A stretch of 46,974 nucleotides of DNA from a virus. Taxonomy: Duplodnaviria; Caudoviricetes. This document shows, piece by piece, positions 17,483 through 25,557 of the stretch (position 1 is its first letter; each line of letters begins with the position of its first letter). Where the stretch lies: IMG/VR virus record IMGVR_UViG_3300038679_000353, positions 1 through 46,974 of that record; one strand, given 5' to 3'. The notes below the pieces were generated by a model. The model did no database searches. It was not told where the DNA came from and saw nothing but the letters and a program-made list of their open reading frames with translations. Position numbers and translations under genes: made by a program.

Positions 17483-17786
17483 TATCGTTTTTCGATAGTC
17501 TTATCATCTAGGACTATCGTAATTATGTCAATATGTTTTTTCTATTTTATCGAAAATATATTTTATCGTTTTTCGATATAGATATGAGAATATGGCATGA
17601 AGTATGCAAGGCAAGGAAATGTCATAGGCTTATAGCTAGGTGAAAGCCTGCAATCATTTTAGCGGTCACGCGTAGACAGTAGACCCCCCCAGGGGGGACA
17701 GAGGGGATCGCGCGTGGAAGAATGACCTCTGGAATTATCTATGATTAAAAATAGTCTTGACTTATTATCGAAAAACGATATATTAT
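17483..17786. promoter_or_regulatory. Divergent promoter region with three TATCG-N5-CGATA operators
   Basis: Palindromes at 17483-17497, 17564-17578 and 17766-17780; the last sits between TTGACT (17757-17762) and TATTAT (17781-17786); minus-strand TTGACA at 17531-17526. Confidence 0.65.
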
Positions 17787-17806
17787 ACAAACCATTGGAG
17801 GACATT

Positions 17807-18052
17807 ATGGCCAGCAGGACATCTACAGGGAAAGTATATGTTGGGATAAAAGTTCCAGATAAGAATTATGACTTCCTCCAGGGAATTGTCGATAAAGAGG
17901 GAGGGAGTATGGCTGGCTATATTAATGAAGCAATACAAAAATGGCTTGTCGACAAAGGCTTTGATGCAGAAATTGCCGTGGATCATCGAATGGGAAAGTG
18001 GGTTAGGGTCAAAGACTCCGGTAATCGTCAAGAAGAGAAGGGAGACAAATAG
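17807..18052 (+). CDS. Ribbon-helix-helix (Arc/CopG-like) regulator
   Basis: VYVGIKVP...LQGIVDKEGGSMAGYINEAIQKWL; start set to ATG 17807 after GGAGG. Confidence 0.7.
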   Translation: MASRTSTGKVYVGIKVPDKNYDFLQGIVDKEGGSMAGYINEAIQKWLVDKGFDAEIAVDHRMGKWVRVKDSGNRQEEKGDK

Positions 18053-18055
18053 CGA

Positions 18056-18613
18056 ATGGGAGCGACACCGGAAGCCAGTAGAGGCAACTTTGATGAACGT
18101 GCAGCGCGTTTCGTGGTCGAGATCACCGATCCTGATTCCCCGGACTTCGGCAATGCCCTAGGTTCGGCGGTATCCGCTATGGATGTCACCTATGAGACAG
18201 CTCATAAGCAGTCCTACAAGCTCATGCGTCAGGATCGTATCAGGAATGAGATAGAACGCATCTTGGAAGAGCGTGGAATGGGCAAGGAGCATAGGTCATC
18301 CATCCTTATCGAACTTATAACCCAGAAGATGTCCCGAAAGACAGAAAGGTATAATGCGGAAGGGGAACTTGTTGAGGTAGTAAAGTCAGGTCCCACCTTC
18401 TCCGACATCATTAAAGCCGTAGATCTCCTTAACCGCATGGATGGCACATACACAGATCAGAAGAAGGTTTCTGACCAGGAAAGGGATGTGCATCGAGTCC
18501 TTATAAAAGAAGTTATGAGAGAAGCAAGGGATAGGGCTAAGGGCAAGAAAATCAAGGAAGCTGATGCGGTTGTTGACGTAGAGGTTTTTTCCGATCAATC
18601 TAATCATTGTTAG
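18056..18613 (+). CDS. terS: Probable terminase small subunit
   Basis: SYKLMRQDRIRNEIERIL and DIIKAVDLLNRMDG motifs; upstream of terL. Confidence 0.65.
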   Translation: MGATPEASRGNFDERAARFVVEITDPDSPDFGNALGSAVSAMDVTYETAHKQSYKLMRQDRIRNEIERILEERGMGKEHRSSILIELITQKMSRKTERYNAEGELVEVVKSGPTFSDIIKAVDLLNRMDGTYTDQKKVSDQERDVHRVLIKEVMREARDRAKGKKIKEADAVVDVEVFSDQSNHC

Positions 18614-18675
18614 ATTGTCCCTTCGAGCAGAGGGAAAGTATCTATTGTTTACCTAAAAACAATATGGAGATATTC

Positions 18676-19311
18676 ATGAACAAAAGTATCGAAAGTTTGT
18701 TAATACCTGCGTTTTCACCATGTACGAATTTTCATAATACTTGTGGAATTATGCGCTGGAATCCAGAAACAGGACATGTTCCAAGAGGCTTCACCGGTGC
18801 AACAGGTTTATGTTCAGATGTGCGATTAGTGCTTATAGGTGCAGAACCTGGTGATCCACATAGTATAGAAAATCATTTTGCTGATGGTAGCCCTATCGGG
18901 CAAATGGAATCAACATATGAATATACATGGAAATGCTTTGAAAATGGGAAAGATTTATTTCATAGAAACATAAGGCTAATACTAGATAAGTGTTTCCCTA
19001 ATATGTCTTTTCGTGAACAAATGGAATATACATGGATAACTGATTCTGTTTTATGTTCAGCAATTATTGAAGGCGGTTCAATTTCAAGTAAAATATCAAA
19101 TGCGTGTTGCATGAAATATTTATTAAATGAAATAAATTTATTTAAAAATGCTACTATTGTAGCTCTTGGAAGTAAAGCTGACAGTAGATTAATAAAGGTT
19201 GGTTTTAAAAACCATTATCATGCATTTGCAGCTGCACCTCCTGGATGTAATTATAAAGGTGCAAAAGAATCTTGGGAAAATATTGTTAATAAACTTAAAA
19301 AAGAAAGGTAG
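18676..19311 (+). CDS. Divergent uracil-DNA-glycosylase-superfamily protein
   Basis: LVLIGAEPG (motif A-like), WITDSVLC, IVALGSKA; motif B HPS replaced by HAFAAAPP; start ATG 18676 after GGAG. Confidence 0.6.
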   Translation: MNKSIESLLIPAFSPCTNFHNTCGIMRWNPETGHVPRGFTGATGLCSDVRLVLIGAEPGDPHSIENHFADGSPIGQMESTYEYTWKCFENGKDLFHRNIRLILDKCFPNMSFREQMEYTWITDSVLCSAIIEGGSISSKISNACCMKYLLNEINLFKNATIVALGSKADSRLIKVGFKNHYHAFAAAPPGCNYKGAKESWENIVNKLKKER

Positions 19312-19312
19312 A

Positions 19313-19411
19313 TTCAACCTGACTCACCCTATGTCACGAATCTTTCTTCTCGTATATGCTCGGGCAAGATTTGCGCTATTTAATTGCTCGCAGGTTAAAC
19401 AAATATTAGAT
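19313..19411 (+). other. Degenerate attC recombination site (spirochaete type)
   Basis: TTCAACCTGAC pairs with GCAGGTTAA leaving an extra C and an extra A (extrahelical-base signature); 6-nt spacer then ATTAGAT (GTTRRRY with G>A); R'' box lost. Confidence 0.7.
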
Positions 19412-19446
19412 GGCCGGCTTCGGCGCATAAGGAATAAGCAAATAGT

Positions 19447-20076
19447 ATGATATTTGAAACAACAAATTGCTTAATAATAAAAAAAGAACATGTATTGAAT
19501 GGATACCAAGAAAATATAATACATAAGCTAAAAATAATAGAAAAAGTATGCGACCAAGCAGAAGGAGCGATGAACTTATTATTCAAGAAAATAAATTATG
19601 ATAACTGGAGTCAAAGAAATGATGTTAATAATAAAGAAAAAATGAATCTATGCTTATTGAGATGCGCATTATCAGAAATAGTAGGTATTGAAGACGCACT
19701 AGGCAAATATTTTAGTTGTGATAAAATTTTTCATTTATCTGATACAGATGATCCTATAATACACTTTATTAAAGAATTAAGGAATTTTGAAATACATATC
19801 AAAGAGACGAGTATTGGTCAAAATAAAATTAATATTACCGATAATGGTGAAAAAGTAACGGATAATAATATTGATGTATGTATTATTATCGATATATTGA
19901 ATATTGACTTAGCGTCATTTAAGAAGTTAAGGAATTTTCCTAAATATACACCGCAACAATGGGCTTTTATGAAAGAAAAATTTGATGAACTTCAAATGGA
20001 TTGGGGTTATCAAGAAGTAATAGTTAGCGCTGTTGAAAAATATTGCTCGCTAATAATAGATCATTATGGATTGTAA
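19447..20076 (+). CDS. AT-rich helical protein with HEPN-like Rx4H motif
   Basis: IHFIKELRNFEIH; upstream helix LRCALSEIVGIEDAL; stop overlaps the R'' box ACCTAAC. Confidence 0.5.
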   Translation: MIFETTNCLIIKKEHVLNGYQENIIHKLKIIEKVCDQAEGAMNLLFKKINYDNWSQRNDVNNKEKMNLCLLRCALSEIVGIEDALGKYFSCDKIFHLSDTDDPIIHFIKELRNFEIHIKETSIGQNKINITDNGEKVTDNNIDVCIIIDILNIDLASFKKLRNFPKYTPQQWAFMKEKFDELQMDWGYQEVIVSAVEKYCSLIIDHYGL

Positions 20077-20477
20077 CCTAACAAACGCTTCAAGCTTGTA
20101 AAACCTTTTAGTATTATTTGTGCTGGAAACTTCTCTAATCGACCCTTCCGTGACATCTCCTGATATCACCTAACCCCTGTTGACATAATATATTAAAAGG
20201 GTATTGACACACTTTTCAATTTACCCTCTTAATATAATTGTTCTTACACAGTTGTATTGCGTGGCACTACATAAGAGATAAATTGAGAAGACCACTTACC
20301 TACGTCTCCAGAGGGCTTCGCTACGCTCAGCACGACTACGGCAAGTGAGGCATATAGCGTTTGACTTGAATCTGTAAGAAGAGGACAGGAACAACCAGAT
20401 AGGCCTTGGATCGTCTGTCTCGATGTTCGAGGAGGTGGTCTATACAACTGTAGTGCGCTTCACTACTTTGGAGTTTC

Positions 20478-22040
20478 ATGGAGTATGTTCGAACTCCTGC
20501 TGAAAAGCGGAAGTATACCGAGTTCTTTGAAAAGACAGGGAAGGAGGAGTTTGCGGCAGAGCTGTACCTTCAATGGAAGGCGCTCACCGACTTGTATTTC
20601 CTAGGGGCTGTAATCCTGGGCATGGACAAGATCGAAGATGGGGGTCGCCCCCGCCTCGATCCTGTGCTTCATGGCTGGCTTGCCGGGATCATGGAACGAA
20701 ATGACGACACGCTCATTCTCATTCCTCGCGGACACATGAAGTCTGCCTGGACTAAGGTAAAGATAGTCCAGCTCATTCTACAGAATCCCAATATCCGCAT
20801 AGGGTTATTCTCGCGCACATCGAGCCTTGTTGAATCGCAGTTAGGCGAGATCAAGCAGCTCTTTTGTACGCCCATGCTTATGCGCCTGTTCCCCGACCGG
20901 ATACCTGAGCCGGGAAAGCGATTCGTGAACTGGAAACGGTCAGTTGCGAATGAGCTTACTGTTTACCGATCGGCTGAATGGGGCAGGATTCCGCAGGAGA
21001 ACCAGGTAGAGGCCTGGGGTGTCGGAGCCACGATCGTAGGCCGACATTACGACGTCATCATCATGGACGACATCATCAATGAGCAGTCCTGTTCAACCCC
21101 AGAGCAGATCAGAAAGGTGCGTGACTGGTATTCCTATGTCCAGTCCATCAAGGACCCGGAAGGATTCGAGTTGATGATAGGTACGCGCTACCATTTCTCG
21201 GACATCTACGGAACGGTCATGAAGGAAGGCTGGTACAAGGACCGGGTCTACATTCGCCGGGCGGTCGAGGACGGAAAGCCCATTTATCGCTTCTTCACCC
21301 TCTCAATGTTGGCAAAGATCAAACAGCGCCAGGGTACGTATGAGTATTCCTGTCAGTACGACAACAATCCGGTGCCGAGAGACGATCAGATATTCCCTCC
21401 CCCGCAACCGACATACGCGGTTCTCGCTCCGGGTGCTTACGCTTACTACATGACGGTGGACCCGGCGGCGACAGCTGAAAGCTATTCGGATGATACAGGC
21501 GTCATCATCGGCGCGGTCAACTCAGAAGGCTTCTTATATGTGGTCGAGGCGAAGAAGATCCACCTGAAACCGGACAAGATGGTGGACGAGCTAATCAGGC
21601 TCATCGTCCAGTACCGCCCGAAAGTCGTTGGCATCGAACTCGGCCTCCAGGCGGGAATCCAATATCTCCTTGATATCAAGAAGCGGGAATACGAGGAGAT
21701 CACCGGGAAACGCTTGCGGTTCAAGCTGGAGCAGATCGATGCACCGCGATCGATGTCCAAGGAAGACAAGATAAACCGCGTTCTAGGCGGTGTTGTTCGC
21801 ACAGGCAGGGTGTTCATCCATGAATCACTTACCGACTTACTCCTCCAGATGGAGTTCTTCCCCAAGGGAGAACATGACGATCTCGTGGATGCGCTCACGA
21901 TGATGGTTCAGATAATCACTGAATTTACCGCTGGAAGTTCCGGCGATGCGCTGCGTCAGGCTGCCTTCAAGCCTGATTCCTTATTCGGGATGTTCAAGAA
22001 ACGGCTTCGTTCGTCATGGGAGGCGAAATTTATTGCGTAA
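20478..22040 (+). CDS. terL: Terminase large subunit
   Basis: IPRGHMKS Walker A variant, GRHYDVIIMDD Walker B, IGTRYH, VDPA...DDT nuclease motif, FPKGEHDDLVDAL. Confidence 0.95.
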   Translation: MEYVRTPAEKRKYTEFFEKTGKEEFAAELYLQWKALTDLYFLGAVILGMDKIEDGGRPRLDPVLHGWLAGIMERNDDTLILIPRGHMKSAWTKVKIVQLILQNPNIRIGLFSRTSSLVESQLGEIKQLFCTPMLMRLFPDRIPEPGKRFVNWKRSVANELTVYRSAEWGRIPQENQVEAWGVGATIVGRHYDVIIMDDIINEQSCSTPEQIRKVRDWYSYVQSIKDPEGFELMIGTRYHFSDIYGTVMKEGWYKDRVYIRRAVEDGKPIYRFFTLSMLAKIKQRQGTYEYSCQYDNNPVPRDDQIFPPPQPTYAVLAPGAYAYYMTVDPAATAESYSDDTGVIIGAVNSEGFLYVVEAKKIHLKPDKMVDELIRLIVQYRPKVVGIELGLQAGIQYLLDIKKREYEEITGKRLRFKLEQIDAPRSMSKEDKINRVLGGVVRTGRVFIHESLTDLLLQMEFFPKGEHDDLVDALTMMVQIITEFTAGSSGDALRQAAFKPDSLFGMFKKRLRSSWEAKFIA

Positions 22041-22215
22041 CAATGGACAGGTAGCTCAAGCCTCACTCTCAGGACTTCCTGAAAACTATCTCGAACGGCT
22101 CATTGCGATGGAGGAACGAATCAAGAAGGCTCCCAAATATGTCTCAGGAACACGCAGAACCGACGGTACCGCGATGCAGGACTTCCGCACAGGTGCCTTT
22201 AGAGAGGCACGATGA
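22033..22215 (+). CDS. Small hypothetical protein
   Basis: TTG 22033 after GGAGG, fills the terL-FmdB gap, ATGA overlap downstream. Confidence 0.5.
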   Translation: MRNNGQVAQASLSGLPENYLERLIAMEERIKKAPKYVSGTRRTDGTAMQDFRTGAFREAR

Positions 22216-22463
22216 TCACCTACGATTTCAAGTGTGACGCGTGTGGTTGTGTGCAAACCCTCTTCAGTGAACCTAAAAATATTGACGATACTGAACGCTT
22301 TTGTCCCAAATGCGACGAGAAAATGCGTCGTCTCTTCTCTTCCCCTGGAATCAGGATCGCGTTCAGGGCAGGACATGACCCCTACACAGGCATGAATTTC
22401 GAAAGCCAAAGGAAGCGGGAACGCTACATGGCCGAGAACGGCATCATAAAGGCGGTGGAATGA
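22212..22463 (+). CDS. FmdB-family zinc-ribbon protein
   Basis: YDFKCDACG...CPKC...RRLFSSP. Confidence 0.8.
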   Translation: MITYDFKCDACGCVQTLFSEPKNIDDTERFCPKCDEKMRRLFSSPGIRIAFRAGHDPYTGMNFESQRKRERYMAENGIIKAVE

Positions 22464-24325
22464 CATTTTCTGAACTTAAAGATGCCGTCGATGCCTCCTA
22501 CGGAAGCCCTGAACACGAGGAGAGGCGCAAGAAGTGGCAGCGCTTCATAAAAGAGTTCACCGGAAAGTGGTGGAACGAAAACGAGCTGTCCCCGGAGGAT
22601 TCAAGGGTCTTCTGCAACTTCATCTTCTCCACAATCCAGACTACCGCCCCGCTTCTCACCGACAATAGGCCGATCTGGACTGTCCTGCCCCGAAGGTATT
22701 TCTTCCAGAGAGTCGCGGATCTCTACAACGACGCCCTGAAATTCGTGTGGGAAATGACGAGGATGGATGAAAAGCTCCTCGATGCCGTCTATGACTGTCT
22801 CATTCACGGTACGGCGCTCTTCAAGGTCTATTTCGATCCTGATGCCGCAAACGGCTTAGGGGATATCGCTATTGATATCGTGGACCCCTTCGATTTTGTC
22901 ATTGCTCCCGGCTACGATGATCCCTGGAATGCCTCCTGGTGCGGAATGCGAAAGCTCATGCCTGTCGAAGATGTGAAACGCCTGTATCCGTCAGCAGAAA
23001 AGCAGATCACCCCGGAAGAGTATGCGACGGAGCATGACCAGAAGCAGGATCGCCTTTCCGAACACGATCTCATTGGGGACTACATCCTCGTCTATGAAAT
23101 TTGGTTAAGGGACAACGCAACCGAGGAGGCCATAGAGGAGCAATACGCCGGGAAAGATGCATCCGGCCATGATGTCATGGAGCCCAAGAAGGTAGCCAAG
23201 GCAAAATACCCGAACGGCAGGATTCTCACCTTTACCGGAGGCAATACGATCCTCCTTGATGACCGAGCCTCTCCCTTCAAGCATGGACGACCGCCTTATG
23301 TCGCGCTTCATGACTACAAGGTGCCGCATCAATTCTGGGGGATAGGGGAACCGGACCAGATTGAGAACTTGAATCGAGAGTTCAACGTCAGACTCCAGCA
23401 GATAGTTGAACACGCCCGGAAGTACACAAAGCGGAACATCGTCGTCGATGAGTCGGCAGGGATCACGACCGAGCAAGTGAAAGAAGCCATCACAAAGGGC
23501 GACCAGGTGCTTATGTCGAAAGCTGGCTTTGCCAAGGATGTCGTGGCAACCCTCGATGTCCCGGATCTTCCCTCTGTGATTACTCAGATCATGTCCACAA
23601 TCCCTCAGCTCATCGAAGAAGTCTCAGGCGTCACCGATGTGACCAAAGGAGTCACCGGAAAGCGACAGCGGCAGACTGCTACAGAAATGTCGATGCTCCT
23701 TGAGTCTTCCTATACCCGAACTCGCCAGAGGGTGCGGAACCTGGAATCCTCAATCAAGCGCCTGGCTACTCTCATTGTCGAACTCATGATGCAGTTCTAC
23801 ACGGAACCGAGGAATTTCTACATCCGAAAGGATGATGATGTGCAATACGGTGTCATTTCGAATCAAAAGAGCTTTCTTGAGGAAACCATGAAGCCTCAAG
23901 CCCACAATGGGCTTATGCAGGATGACCTTTCGGAAGAAGAGAAAGAGGACATTGAGGACTATGAACAACTCATCGATGCCATAGCAGAAACTGATGAGGT
24001 CTACTTTGACTTCAACATAGAAATCCAGACCAACTCCACCCTCCCCCTGGATCGCCAGTCATTGGCTAACCTCATGCTACGGCTTGCGGAAATGAAGATT
24101 GTCGATGCCCAGGCAGTCCTTGAAACCTTGCGCGTCCCTGGGACAGACAAGATCCTCGCACGCTTGGCCGAGCAGCGGCAAAGGGAAGAAGAAGCGGCGA
24201 TGGCGCAAGCAGGAGGGCAAAACCAGGGTGAAAATCCAGCCGCAGACCAGAACAAGGCGATGGTTCAAAACCTGTTGAACGATCTAAGCGATCAGCAGGT
24301 AAAGGAGGAAGCACGTGCTCAGTAA
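22460..24325 (+). CDS. Portal protein (P22-like)
   Basis: 621 aa after terL; DCLIHGTALFKV, VDPFDFVIAP, FWGIG, EEVSGVTD...G...TATE motifs. Confidence 0.88.
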   Translation: MTFSELKDAVDASYGSPEHEERRKKWQRFIKEFTGKWWNENELSPEDSRVFCNFIFSTIQTTAPLLTDNRPIWTVLPRRYFFQRVADLYNDALKFVWEMTRMDEKLLDAVYDCLIHGTALFKVYFDPDAANGLGDIAIDIVDPFDFVIAPGYDDPWNASWCGMRKLMPVEDVKRLYPSAEKQITPEEYATEHDQKQDRLSEHDLIGDYILVYEIWLRDNATEEAIEEQYAGKDASGHDVMEPKKVAKAKYPNGRILTFTGGNTILLDDRASPFKHGRPPYVALHDYKVPHQFWGIGEPDQIENLNREFNVRLQQIVEHARKYTKRNIVVDESAGITTEQVKEAITKGDQVLMSKAGFAKDVVATLDVPDLPSVITQIMSTIPQLIEEVSGVTDVTKGVTGKRQRQTATEMSMLLESSYTRTRQRVRNLESSIKRLATLIVELMMQFYTEPRNFYIRKDDDVQYGVISNQKSFLEETMKPQAHNGLMQDDLSEEEKEDIEDYEQLIDAIAETDEVYFDFNIEIQTNSTLPLDRQSLANLMLRLAEMKIVDAQAVLETLRVPGTDKILARLAEQRQREEEAAMAQAGGQNQGENPAADQNKAMVQNLLNDLSDQQVKEEARAQ

Positions 24326-24698
24326 CCCGATGATGCCCGGCATGGGGCAGAACGTTCAGAAGAACATTGGGGAAACCCTCGATGAGAACCTTTCGGTCTT
24401 GAATCCCCAGGATGCCTTTGTCATGGCCGAAAAGGGGATGCTCCGCAAGGACATGACCATCCGTGAGCTGTTTTCAGGCCTTGGCGTCGATGTCGAAGGT
24501 CCTGTCACGCAACTATCGGAAATGGTCACAAGGGAAACCGAGAAGGCAAATCCCTTGAACAAGATGAAAGCAGCAGCCGGAGCAGGTCAGATGGCCGACC
24601 CAGTGGCTGCAAGGATGAGTGCCGGAAACGGCGCTCAAAATACACAAGGAACATCAAGCGGATCGCTTGATGCGTTACTTAACCTAGGAGGGATGTAG
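24315..24698 (+). CDS. Hypothetical head-region protein
   Basis: GTG start after AAGGAGG, between portal and scaffold. Confidence 0.65.
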   Translation: MLSNPMMPGMGQNVQKNIGETLDENLSVLNPQDAFVMAEKGMLRKDMTIRELFSGLGVDVEGPVTQLSEMVTRETEKANPLNKMKAAAGAGQMADPVAARMSAGNGAQNTQGTSSGSLDALLNLGGM

Positions 24699-24702
24699 AT
24701 TC

Positions 24703-25533
24703 ATGAATATTCGTACCTATTTCAGCCCCGATGACGTGGGTGGCGGGAGTCCCGGCGCAAGTGCCGACACTACTCCTGCTGGTTTCACTCCCGGACACGC
24801 TGATACCGCCCCTGCCCAGGCAGGACAAGCAGATTCAGGTATTTTCCTTGACCTCGATGACGAGAAAGGCAGCCGAAAGTCCTACCGTACCAAAGATGAA
24901 TTCCTGAAAGACTGGAAGAACATGGGCATGATGCGCTCGGACTACACCCGGAAGACTGCGGACATCGCAAAACTCCGGGAGGATCACGAGAGGCAGAAAA
25001 CCGAATGGGAGAACCGGAGGCAGGAAGAATCTTCGAAGTACGAGAAGTACAACCAATTCTTGCGCAACAATCCTGATATCTACAGGCAGCTCCAGGAGGC
25101 TGTCAAGAACGGTCCCTCGACGCGAGGCGTCCTGGATGGCGCACGGCAGTATGCGGATGAAAAGTACGCCGAGTTGGAAAAGAAGCTTTCGAAGATGGAA
25201 GGCTGGAAGAAGGGACGCGAGCAGGAGGAAGCGAAGCGAAAGCTCTACGATTCCTTCAAGACACGCTATGAGGATTTTGATGAGCCATCGATTGAGGAGT
25301 CCTTGAAAGTACTCTCTGAAGGCGACTCGGAAGCCATACTCGACCTCTTGTACCACTCCAGCAAAGGCCGCGCCTTGGCAAGTCCCCTTGAAGTTGAAAA
25401 GAGAATCGTTGACAGGATTCAGGCGAAAGGATCAGCCCGTATCCTTCCTGGCAACGGTCCCGTACCCAAAGCCCCAGGCTCCTACAGGAGCATGGAAGAG
25501 GCTGAGCAAGCGGCGCTTGCTGGCTTGCATTAA
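24703..25533 (+). CDS. Capsid scaffolding protein
   Basis: Disordered N-terminus, DYTRKT motif, charged coiled coil, directly upstream of the capsid gene. Confidence 0.75.
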   Translation: MNIRTYFSPDDVGGGSPGASADTTPAGFTPGHADTAPAQAGQADSGIFLDLDDEKGSRKSYRTKDEFLKDWKNMGMMRSDYTRKTADIAKLREDHERQKTEWENRRQEESSKYEKYNQFLRNNPDIYRQLQEAVKNGPSTRGVLDGARQYADEKYAELEKKLSKMEGWKKGREQEEAKRKLYDSFKTRYEDFDEPSIEESLKVLSEGDSEAILDLLYHSSKGRALASPLEVEKRIVDRIQAKGSARILPGNGPVPKAPGSYRSMEEAEQAALAGLH

Positions 25534-25557
25534 CGACACCCATAAGGAGAGCAACGA

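Larger units (their letters stand above)
18609..20096 (+). mobile_element. Two-cassette integron-derived array with decayed attC sites, inserted between terS and terL
   Basis: GTTAGAT core at 18609-18615; attC-like L''/L' pair at 19313-19398 with ATTAGAT at 19405-19411; R''-L'' start ACCTAAC-aaacgc-TTCAAGCT at 20076-20096; both enclosed genes markedly AT-rich. Confidence 0.7.

Noticed and set aside
17284-17511. 75-aa plus-strand ORF
   Set aside because: No RBS; overlaps the inverted-repeat arm, operators and the leader of the opposite-strand gene
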